DNA of 51,624 nt from a virus (taxonomy: Duplodnaviria > Caudoviricetes), in the IMG/VR virus record IMGVR_UViG_3300017963_000074, positions 1 to 51,624 of that record; one strand, given 5' to 3'. The notes under the pieces are model-generated. The model made no database searches. It was not told where the DNA came from and saw nothing but the letters and a program-made list of their open reading frames with translations. The position numbers and the translations under genes were made by a program. Of the stretch, positions 1 through 9,900 are shown in pieces. Numbering within the stretch: the first letter of the stretch is position 1; each line of letters starts with the position of its first letter.

Positions 1-123
1 CTCAAACTCCTTCACCATCTGTTTCCTGATCCTCATATCAGCCCTCCATCCTGGAGCCGCCTGTTACCGACTGCTGGATAATATCGTCAGTGACTCCCTT
101 CATCATGTCGTTGATTACTTCTA
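1..123. repeat. Terminal direct repeat, copy 1 (assembly circularisation overlap)
   Basis: Bases 1-123 are identical to 51502-51624. The repeat cuts through a gene junction, so the unit genome is 51,501 bp. Confidence 0.95.
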
Positions 124-772
124 CCTGTACTCTATATCCTTCAAAGTTCCTATAGAACCTCTCCAGACAGAGCACAGCTGCCTGCACGAGTACCTCAGGA
201 TAATGAACAGTCCAATAGTTCAGATCATCGTCCTCTGTAAGAGACTCTGAATAGAACTCTCCCAATACCTCCATTGTAAAGGTAGCATCAGCCGGAGGCA
301 TGAAGTAGATACCCCGCTTTGCGTAGGTAGTATCAAACAGAACGTCGTAGGGATGGTAGGAGAACTCATCCGTATAGTCACTGCTAGTCAAGGCCTTCTG
401 CTGAGGACTCAACCTAAGAAGACTCTCTGTGAAGTACTTGGGATCTCCTGTATCAATATCAGAAATGTTCTGATCGGGATAGTTCTCCTTCAGCCACCCT
501 AGATCCTTCCTCACAAGCTGGTATCCATCCTCACTCAGCCCAACTACCCAGACTTCTAGGACATTCCTCAGATTGGAAATCTCAAGCTGGTATGCATTTA
601 TTGCTATATCATACTTATACCATCTCTTGCTTTCCTTCTGAGGCCACTTCACATCAAGGTATCTGGCTCCGGCGTTCAAGAAGAATAGGTCATTGACTGT
701 TCCTGTCCCGTCCAGGAGATCTAACCTCCCGCTCGATTCGGCGAACAGATCTCTTACCTGATTGGCTGTCAT
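38..772 (-). CDS. Putative tail adaptor / tail tubular protein A (podovirus head-tail connector)
   Basis: 244 aa, two genes downstream of the major capsid gene and upstream of the nozzle-like gene; the C-terminal YPEVLVQAA helix is typical of adaptor proteins. Mainly a positional call. Confidence 0.55.
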   Translation of the reverse strand: MTANQVRDLFAESSGRLDLLDGTGTVNDLFFLNAGARYLDVKWPQKESKRWYKYDIAINAYQLEISNLRNVLEVWVVGLSEDGYQLVRKDLGWLKENYPDQNISDIDTGDPKYFTESLLRLSPQQKALTSSDYTDEFSYHPYDVLFDTTYAKRGIYFMPPADATFTMEVLGEFYSESLTEDDDLNYWTVHYPEVLVQAAVLCLERFYRNFEGYRVQVEVINDMMKGVTDDIIQQSVTGGSRMEG

Positions 773-1098
773 TTCTTAGTCTCCACAGGGGTACTCTTCT
801 TGGTGGTAGCTTTCTTGGTAGTCGTTGCAGCCTTGGGAGGGGCAGGCTTGCTGATTCCCTCCACATAGATCCTCTCATCCCTATCAGCATGTGTCCTCTT
901 GGGATAAGGCTTGCTTTCATTCACATCTACCATGAAGCCGTGTCTCTCGAATCTTGCCTGAATAGCATAGATCCTCTCCGTCTTCCACAGCACGATCTGC
1001 TTAGGCCCCAGTTCCTTCTTCTCCTTACTCTTTATCTCTCCCTTTGTATCCACAATTCCCAGGACCTCAGCAAGTTCTTGAATCGTCCAAGTATCCAT
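769..1098 (-). CDS. Hypothetical protein with basic K/T/P-rich tail
   Basis: 109 aa ORF with AAGGAG RBS; ATGA overlap with the next gene. Confidence 0.7.
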   Translation of the reverse strand: MDTWTIQELAEVLGIVDTKGEIKSKEKKELGPKQIVLWKTERIYAIQARFERHGFMVDVNESKPYPKRTHADRDERIYVEGISKPAPPKAATTTKKATTKKSTPVETKK

Positions 1099-1106
1099 TT
1101 CTTTCT

Positions 1107-1137
1107 CCTTATGATTTCAAAATTTGAAAATATAAGG
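1107..1137. promoter_or_regulatory. Palindromic site 1 (TTTCA-AAATT-TGAAA core at 1115-1129)
   Basis: CCTTATGATTTCAAAATTTGAAAATATAAGG; one of six intergenic copies. Confidence 0.6.
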
Positions 1138-1157
1138 GGGAGGAAACCCTCCCCCTT
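1126..1157 (-). terminator. Intrinsic terminator after the major capsid gene
   Basis: 10-bp stem AAGGGGGAGG/CCTCCCCCTT with a 4-nt loop directly after the capsid stop, followed on the minus strand by ATATTTTC. Confidence 0.75.
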
Positions 1158-1160
1158 ACA

Positions 1161-2495
1161 TCACACAGCGTTATCCTCGCCAACGCCATTCAGATACCCC
1201 CAAGGGCCATCGAGCTGGAACTCATACGTACCCTCAGTCAGCCACTCTTCCTCGAGACCGTCCTTGCCAGTTCCTCCACCCTCTTTCCAAGAGGTATCCT
1301 TCTTGTAGTGGGTGTCGGACTTTTGCAGGGGCAGCCACTTGATGTGGGCCGGAGGGATAACCAGCATCGAATAGTCATTGGTGGTTTCCCAGCTGAACAA
1401 GGGGTGAATCTTGAGACTGAAAGTCCCAAAGACATTATGGAACCTCTGGACAGAGATCCCATAGCCAGCTTCACCTTCCTTGATCTGGTACATAGCGCTG
1501 GATTCGACCAGCCGCTGGATTCCGAGCATCGCTCCAGCTCCACAGAAGACAATAGCATCTCCACCGAGAGATCCCCTTCCCTGAGAGAAGATCGCTTTCA
1601 TCATGGAATCCAACCAGGTCTTTCCACCTTCCAGCCAGGTCTGACCGGAATAGGTAGTGTTGGTCTTGAAGGAATCGCAGTTGGCACTGGCATAGGTATT
1701 GATGAACTGCACAATACCCATGATAGTGTTCTCAGGCTTCCCGTTTGCTCCGGTGCCAGCACTTCTCACGCCCCAGATCAGAGACTTCTCCATCTCAATA
1801 CCATGATACAGGAGAGACTGCTGCTTGGTATCGAGGTAGGCGTCCCTCGATCTCAGCTCAGTATACATCGCAGTTCTGGTCAGGTCGTTCGGGGTACGCC
1901 AGATCTGAGTGAGATTGTACACCTGAGCCGGATCATACGTGATGGCTTCTGGACGGGTAGCTCCCTGAGAGTTCACATTGCCAACCACCAGGATCCTGTC
2001 AACAGTCGCCAGGTTGTATGTGGCTCCTCCATTGTCGTCAGCCTCGATCAGCTTCACGGCAATATAAGAACTCGCCCCGTTCAGGACGACATCCACACAC
2101 TTCCCGACAACATCGACAGTGTATTGGTCGCTATCTCTCAGCAGGACCTGATGACCTTCACGGAACATATCAGCTGTTGCCTCTGCAACTTTCGCATAGA
2201 CAACTCCGCCGGCTGCTCCAAAGGTCGCGGCATGAGAGGCATAAACATACTCAGTTCCCAGTGCCGAGTCAATATACACGCTTGTGACCGCTCCGGCCTG
2301 CGTGGACATTGTCCTCGTCCACCAGTTGTGCTGAGTACTCTTGATTGACTCTCCTCTGCCGGTCATGCTGGTGATGGCCACCAAAGGGGCATGACCATTG
2401 GGATACAACTCGAGGATCTTCTGTCTCCAGTTCTGCGGATCCTCGTTTGTGACCCAATCGCCAGTGCCACGCATTCCGAAAAAAGGCGTCGCCAT
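1161..2495 (-). CDS. Major capsid protein (SU10/DUF5309-like, HK97 fold)
   Basis: 444 aa; N-terminal FFGMRGTGDW...PQNWRQKILELYPNG..PL, plus NLTQIWRT and EMEKSLIWG motifs; follows the scaffold gene and is followed by a terminator. Confidence 0.85.
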   Translation of the reverse strand: MATPFFGMRGTGDWVTNEDPQNWRQKILELYPNGHAPLVAITSMTGRGESIKSTQHNWWTRTMSTQAGAVTSVYIDSALGTEYVYASHAATFGAAGGVVYAKVAEATADMFREGHQVLLRDSDQYTVDVVGKCVDVVLNGASSYIAVKLIEADDNGGATYNLATVDRILVVGNVNSQGATRPEAITYDPAQVYNLTQIWRTPNDLTRTAMYTELRSRDAYLDTKQQSLLYHGIEMEKSLIWGVRSAGTGANGKPENTIMGIVQFINTYASANCDSFKTNTTYSGQTWLEGGKTWLDSMMKAIFSQGRGSLGGDAIVFCGAGAMLGIQRLVESSAMYQIKEGEAGYGISVQRFHNVFGTFSLKIHPLFSWETTNDYSMLVIPPAHIKWLPLQKSDTHYKKDTSWKEGGGTGKDGLEEEWLTEGTYEFQLDGPWGYLNGVGEDNAV

Positions 2496-2510
2496 AATTA
2501 CCTCCGCTTA

Positions 2511-3497
2511 TTATGTTGCAGGTTTCACGGCTATTCCACTGGTAGCAGCTGCAGGTGCAGGCGAGCTGATCCAGGTGCCAGCAATGTCCCCTGCCTCCCA
2601 TTCCAAGATCCCTACCAATGCGGAGTTACCGGTTATCAGAACATCATGAGTTGTGGTAATAGTGGCATCGAAAGCTTCCAAGAGATTATCACCATGATTT
2701 GTCCAGAAGTTGTAGAACAGACAGTCATGGAAGCGCGTCCATCTGTCGTTTCCACCCGAGATCTTTACCAGTGTATAGGTATTGGTCTCGGCCCAGGATA
2801 GGAACATACAGCCATCGAAAGTGTTCCTCTTGGAATCAGTGTCAACGACCAGATGATTGTTCGCAGCCGTTCTCTTGATAGTATCAATACCGATTGTGCA
2901 GTTCTTGAACACATTCTCCGCTGCTCCGGTCAGCTTCAGCGAATACGCATTAGCATTTCCGGCCGGAGTGGCATGTCCAATCCCTGCAAAGTGAACGTTG
3001 TTGAAGAAGTTCCTGTCGCCAGTAACAACTACATTCCCTGACGCAGCTGTCGCGCCACCCTGGAAGATGTAGAAGTTCTGGAAGGAACAGCCGCTTGCTG
3101 AAATTGTAATCAAGCTAGCTAGGTTTCCGCTGTTGAAAATCCTGGCCCTCTGGCCTACGTTTGTTGGAGCACATAGTCCGACGAAGTGTGTATAGTCCTT
3201 GTCCCAAGTAAGCGCGGAGGAAATACTGAGAGAAGAACTACCAGGGATGTAGAACAGGATGTCATTCTGGTTGGCTGTCAGAGCATCCTCGGCAGCTGCC
3301 AGGGTCTGAAATGCCTTTGCAGGAGTTCGTCCTGATCTACTATCACTTCCGTTAGTAGGATCCAGGTAGTATACATCGCCGACGCCGATAGGTCCGCCAA
3401 CTCCACCCTGAGCTTGGAGGAAACCTTTCAGCTTCATATTCCCTACACCATCGAGAATAATCCCATGATGGAGGAAATGATTGCTGAGAAAACTCAT
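2511..3497 (-). CDS. Right-handed beta-helix protein, probable head decoration/fibre
   Basis: YYLDPTNGSD..SGRTPAKAFQTLAAA pectin-lyase-like entry motif and Asn/Cys-ladder repeats; lies between scaffold and capsid genes; no signal peptide. Confidence 0.6.
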   Translation of the reverse strand: MSFLSNHFLHHGIILDGVGNMKLKGFLQAQGGVGGPIGVGDVYYLDPTNGSDSRSGRTPAKAFQTLAAAEDALTANQNDILFYIPGSSSLSISSALTWDKDYTHFVGLCAPTNVGQRARIFNSGNLASLITISASGCSFQNFYIFQGGATAASGNVVVTGDRNFFNNVHFAGIGHATPAGNANAYSLKLTGAAENVFKNCTIGIDTIKRTAANNHLVVDTDSKRNTFDGCMFLSWAETNTYTLVKISGGNDRWTRFHDCLFYNFWTNHGDNLLEAFDATITTTHDVLITGNSALVGILEWEAGDIAGTWISSPAPAAATSGIAVKPAT

Positions 3498-3513
3498 GGC
3501 CTACCTCCTTTGA

Positions 3514-3858
3514 TTAGTCAGCCTCATAGGACTCTACGAGAATCCACTGAGTCCCATCAGACTCAACAGTCAGGGTATCGCCGGCATCCTCAATGGTCAC
3601 GTCAGTCCAACCCTCGCTATCATCTCTGTCAGCGATGGTCAGGATGTTCGATCCAGTTCGAACAAGGAACGTGAACCTGAGGCCCTTCGCCAAGGCGACG
3701 TACGGGAGGTAGAGTGTGCTCGTCCCGCTGGCCATGTTGCAGATCCAGGTGCGCTCCCACAACTCGACGTTGTCGGTACTTCCTGCACCTGTATGAAACA
3801 CAGTCCGCAGTCTTTCAGCAACACCCACCTCAATGTCGTTCTTCGCTTGCGTTGACAT
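3514..3858 (-). CDS. Small beta-sandwich virion protein (head decoration candidate)
   Basis: 114 aa; TLYLP...GLRFTF...TLTVESDGTQW pattern seen in phage fibre/decoration domains. Confidence 0.5.
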   Translation of the reverse strand: MSTQAKNDIEVGVAERLRTVFHTGAGSTDNVELWERTWICNMASGTSTLYLPYVALAKGLRFTFLVRTGSNILTIADRDDSEGWTDVTIEDAGDTLTVESDGTQWILVESYEAD

Positions 3859-3871
3859 AGCGGGTCTCCTG

Positions 3872-4673
<802 letters not shown>

Positions 4674-4690
<17 letters not shown>

Positions 4691-4955
4691 TTTCTTCTTC
4701 CTCCTCAGTAGCTTCAATTTCCAACCTATCTATGATTAACTTAACATTCTCAAGGGTATCTATCTCAGCCTGCAGGGGTTCCACCCCAAGGTGAACTATC
4801 ACATCCCCGCTATCATCCAGTTTCCTCATAGTCTGTGGAGGGGCCTTCTTAAGCTGATTCACAACCATAGCAATTCTCTCGTCGATAACTGCTATAAACT
4901 CCACCCATACTCTGTGTTGTTTAAACTGTTTGATTTCAGCTGAGCTTATGTTCAT
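4674..4955 (-). CDS. Small portal-adjacent protein
   Basis: 93 aa helical ORF coupled to the portal stop, a usual position in podoviruses. Confidence 0.6.
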
Positions 4956-6901
4956 TGTAGACCTCCTATTGGTACAAGATTACCTTTCCTCTCCTCCTCC
5001 TGCACTGTCTCCTCCGGCAATACCCGTGTATTCACGTCCCTCCTCACAAAGTCGTTTACATTCCTGGCACCTAGCTGCCTTGTGAGATGTTTGAACACCC
5101 TTACAATATCGAAGTTCTGGCTTATAACTGGATGGGAGGCCAGGATCTCAAATACCTTCGCCCACGCTTGACCATCGGAGCTGCCAGGGATACTCCCATC
5201 GTGAGGCATGACATCTACATCGATATCTATATCCTTTGGGCTAACCTTCACCCTGGTCTGGTCAGTTCCGTATTCTGCAAATAGTTCCTCACTCAGTCTA
5301 CCTATCATATTCACATAAACCTCTTCACTCATCAACTGCTTTGTATGAGCTGCGAATAGATAGGCCAGATCAAAGTGACTCTGGATACTACTCAGTCTGG
5401 CATATTTCTCCAAGCGGGATAGGGCAGAAGAGTGTACCTGCTGTGCCTCAGTTGCACTCACCCTCTCAGATGTCCTTCTCCTTATCCCCTTCAGCTGATC
5501 CACTGCCCCAGTTACCTCCTCACTCAGTTGCTTTATGAAGGATATATCAGGGATATTCTGTGCAGTTATGTCAGTAATGGCCAGCTGTTGCACTGCCTCC
5601 TTCACACCTCTTCCCCAGGCTGCCCTTCTCATTCTCACAAGCTTCCCTGGTTCTGGAGTTTTCAGGTCGTTGTAGTTCACAAGGTAAGGATCAACAATAA
5701 GCATATCGTTGATGGCCTTCCTCACATTAGCCACATGTGTCCTATACAACCAGTCAGCTGTCCCCTGCAACCCATGCATCACCTCCAGGACACCGATTGG
5801 GACTATCGAGTGGCCATCATAGTTAGGACAGTCCACAGCAAGCGGGAACCTGTTGTGATCCAACCCAGTTGGCTGGGCAGCTATCAGAACAGCATCTCCA
5901 GCCAGTGCAAAGTACCACTTCTCAGGATAGTCCCCATCCCCTAATCCCCACTCGCTGGGAACCAGGTTGACATACATGTGAAGAACATCGACAATGTTCC
6001 CTGTCTCTCTCGGAGTATCATCTGTCCATCCGGTCTTATCCCACCTACCTGTCTCGGTAGCTGTCCGGAAGTTCTTCGATCTGTTATCTCCACTATGTAC
6101 CAGATATCTTACATTGAACAGGATACTATCAACATCATTCTCATCCGAGAGAAGGGTTATCCTATTCGTCCTATCCATCCAACCCTGATACTCACTCCTC
6201 TGTATATTCTCCAGAGAGGTATTAGGATCTGGAAGATAATTATAGGGATCAATATTATAAAGGATATTCCCTTCGTACAAAGTTTTCATCTCCCTATTCT
6301 GGACTGTCCTACCAGGGATGAATCTATTAAACACCTCAGACACAAACCCTGTATTCTTCTCAACCGTCTTGAATCCCTTCACCTTCTCCCAGTCCGCTGC
6401 TACAACTCCAAAGCCATAGGCAAGTGCATCTCTCCACATTGTATGGAGATTCAAGGCAGTTTTCATTCTCCTCACCTGGAGCTCGATATTCCTCTCCAGA
6501 AGAATGGCCCCTATTGTATCCTCTGGCCCAGTGCCTTCATATCTGAAGATAGGATCCTCGAGAAAGGCAGCTACCTGGTAGGTTAGGAGAGTTTCCATTG
6601 TAGCATAAGTGATAGGGACAACTATAGTAACAGGTCTCCTCGGATCCTGGCTCTTGATCTCCTTCTCCTCATCGTCCAGATCTATGTAGGCTGTAAGGGT
6701 TCTGTCCATCTCCTGCCATGCACCTACCCTACACTCCATAGCACTATAGCTGTCCTGTGCCATTTTGAGGAGCCTGTCCCTGATATTGTTGTGAATCTCT
6801 GAGCCAGGTTTGAGATTCATACCGGCCGGATAGTTATAATCATAGTCAGCTTCTTTACCTATCTGATCAGAGTTTTTCTTGCCTTCTGATTGGAAGTTCA
6901 T
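4952..6901 (-). CDS. Portal protein
   Basis: 649 aa; DALAYGFGVV, NIDPYNYLPDP and EEVTGA...SATEAQ motifs typical of P22/T7-type portals; upstream of the scaffold gene. Confidence 0.85.
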   Translation of the reverse strand: MNFQSEGKKNSDQIGKEADYDYNYPAGMNLKPGSEIHNNIRDRLLKMAQDSYSAMECRVGAWQEMDRTLTAYIDLDDEEKEIKSQDPRRPVTIVVPITYATMETLLTYQVAAFLEDPIFRYEGTGPEDTIGAILLERNIELQVRRMKTALNLHTMWRDALAYGFGVVAADWEKVKGFKTVEKNTGFVSEVFNRFIPGRTVQNREMKTLYEGNILYNIDPYNYLPDPNTSLENIQRSEYQGWMDRTNRITLLSDENDVDSILFNVRYLVHSGDNRSKNFRTATETGRWDKTGWTDDTPRETGNIVDVLHMYVNLVPSEWGLGDGDYPEKWYFALAGDAVLIAAQPTGLDHNRFPLAVDCPNYDGHSIVPIGVLEVMHGLQGTADWLYRTHVANVRKAINDMLIVDPYLVNYNDLKTPEPGKLVRMRRAAWGRGVKEAVQQLAITDITAQNIPDISFIKQLSEEVTGAVDQLKGIRRRTSERVSATEAQQVHSSALSRLEKYARLSSIQSHFDLAYLFAAHTKQLMSEEVYVNMIGRLSEELFAEYGTDQTRVKVSPKDIDIDVDVMPHDGSIPGSSDGQAWAKVFEILASHPVISQNFDIVRVFKHLTRQLGARNVNDFVRRDVNTRVLPEETVQEEERKGNLVPIGGLQ

Positions 6902-9900
6902 CGTTCCTCCAATAGCTTACCTATCATACTGTAGAAAGCTCTCTTCTTCAAGTGGTAGTATTCGAATTGCTGTGTATCCGTATTCCAGAACATCATTACT
7001 TCCTGACTGGCTTCTACCTCTGGAACCCATCTGTGTATTACATCCCTCCTGGTTTCAGGACTATATGAAACAAAGGAAGGATCGACACTGCTAGCTGTAA
7101 GCTTCCCAGTACATCTGATAGTCCCATTTACATCGAGAGTGTACGATGGAGTAGCGTCGTTAATACCTACCCTCGTATTCACCTTATCAACATACAGCAG
7201 ACCGGCAGACAGACTCATATTATTATTAGATCCATCTATCAAAATAGAGTTCGTCATAGCCCCACCATCATTTATCCTAATATAAATATCCTTATCCTGA
7301 TCCTTCTGATCCACATAAAAGTCTGCAGCAGGGCTCTTATCATGAAAATAACTTCCGCCATGAGTAATAGTATTTCCACTGAGATCGAGTAATCCAAGAT
7401 TATTGTAACCTATATTAACAGAATCCGCCTCCTGATTTATCCCATATCTTGTTAGTGAACAGCTACTCTCTGTAATCCTATCAGAAGTCCCGTTGCCATC
7501 CAGATAATTGTTAGCAGAAAACACTCTATCACAATTGGTAAGATATAGTCCATACCTCCCATTGCTCACCAAATAGTTTCCTACAACAAAAGCATCATCA
7601 CAATAATCAAGAACTATTCCATCAGTTGTACCTGTATTATTGTATATCTTGTTTCCTATAAAACTAGAATAAGCTATTTCATTCCCGCTTGACCCATTGA
7701 AGTAAATAGCGTGTCCTGTGTTGTCGTAGATGACATTCCCCTCTATATGGTGATTGTCCTCACCTGTAGCACAATATATCCCTCCCTCCTCATTACTATA
7801 AATAACATTATCTACAATTGTAACAGCTTTTGCACTATCGTCTATGACAATACCATAGTTGAGACTTGCAGAAGTAAGATTTTTACAGTTATATATCTCA
7901 CAGTTGCTAATAGTAACATTTCTAGAACTACCTATTCTGATTCCTCTGTTGCAGTTGTATATCATACAGTTGTCAATAACAATGTTTTCTATTCTACAAG
8001 TAGAGCCATTTTCATAGATGTGAATCCCATTATTGAAATCCCTGAATGTACAGTTGCTAACAAGCACCCTTCTTACCTTGGTAGTATCAGCCCCCGTTAT
8101 TAACAACCCTACATAGAGTGAGTCAGTTCCCTCAAATATACAATTACTAATCTCCACATCATAAACCTCACCAGAGGGATTCCCACCTGTAGCACCTGGA
8201 GGTTCTATAACAACCATCCCAGGACTACATGAACCGGAGAAGGTACTATTCGTTATCTTGAGCCTCCTCACATACTGATCCGCTCCGTAGTCTCCACCAG
8301 ACACAACACTTATACATGCTCTTCCTCTCAGGGGAGAAGAGTTGAATTGAATAGTTCTAAGAGTAACTCCATCTATAAGAACATCCCTTGATCCAACTAT
8401 ATTAATCTGATCTCCAGCCGCACTATCAACTCTAACATCTCTTACTGTGACAGTATCAGAATTGAGTATCTTTATTCCATGATCGGACTGGTCGTAGTTA
8501 GCATTATCAGCTCCACCTCCATCAATAGTACCGCCTCCATATATAAGGACATTCTCCACACTACTCAAAGAAATGACTGACTTATTTGTAGCCGCGCTCT
8601 TTGTATTTCTTAATTCAGTCCCTCTTGGAATGAATAGAGCTGTATTGGAAGCCGGGATGTGTTCTGTCTGTGTTGTAGCATATTCTGTATCAGGCTCCAA
8701 CCTAATCTCGCCTGCTACAGCTGCTCCTCCTCCATCTTTTATAGCTGCATCAACTGTTGTATATCCTTCCACATACCTCACTCCGTTTAAGTCAGCTAAG
8801 TCAACTATATTATTGCTATTAAAATCCATATCTGCATTAGTTACATCTATCTGCCCACCGGAATCAAATAGTAACATCTCCCCATCAACTATACCAACCC
8901 CCTGTCCATCATCTATATGAAGCTTGTCAGCTGATATACCTCCATTGGAAATAGAAAGAGTATCCATATTAACTATACCGTTACTCTGCATATCCAGGTC
9001 AGCATACATATATATCTTATCAATCATCCCCTCTGTCCAGTCCATTATTTCCAAGCCACCAACAAATAACTCAACATGGTCACCTTGCAATCGAAAATAA
9101 GTATCCAAATCTCCATCATGATAGATATATTCTGCAAAGTTTGCAGTTCCTGATACTATAAGATGATTATCGCTCTGGAGGGTATCAGCTTGAATCATAT
9201 GACCACCAGCATCCCACGTATTTGTAAGTGGGACAGTGCCATCGGCCATTACAGCTCCAGCCCCTGCAACAATATCAGCAGCGTGCTGGCCATCCAGGAG
9301 ATCAGCGTTGAGGTTAGTTACAAGGGTTGCACTGGCAATGGTAAAGGGAGCTGTACCTCCTGCTAATGTAGAGGTTATAACTCCAGTAGCTCTAACAGTT
9401 CCATCTACATCAAGGGTGTATGAAGGAGTAGCATCGTTCACACCAACTCTTGTATTTACTTTATCAAGATACAGTAATCCCGCAGACAGGCTCATATTAT
9501 TTGTAGCTCCGTCTACCAAGATGGAATTTGTCATAACTCCACCATCGTTTATCCTTATATAAAGATCATTATCTTGGTCATTCTGATCTATATACATATC
9601 CCCAGCATCACTCTTGCTATCAAGATCATTTATATCTGCAATAGAGTTCCCTCCCATGTTCAGATTACCACCCATTGTATCAGTACCATCCAGCTCGAGA
9701 TACTGAGTATGGTCGTCATCTGCAAGGCCATCCAGCTCCCCATGATCCGTAACACCGGCACCCAATCCTTCTATACTATCACTCACAGCATCGGGCGTAG
9801 CAATCTCACTGGTATCTACCTTTATTGTAAAGGTACTATTTGCTCCTCCATCTACAAAGTCCAGCCCATAACCGGCTGTTATCTTTCTCTCTCCTGATAA

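Noticed and set aside
1308-2348. 346-aa plus-strand ORF and the many other antisense ORFs in the track
   Set aside because: Shadow frames of well-supported genes, with no RBS or motifs.
7105-9600. Duplicated module as a DGR template/variable repeat pair
   Set aside because: Both copies are in frame in one gene, differences are not adenine-specific, and no reverse transcriptase is encoded.
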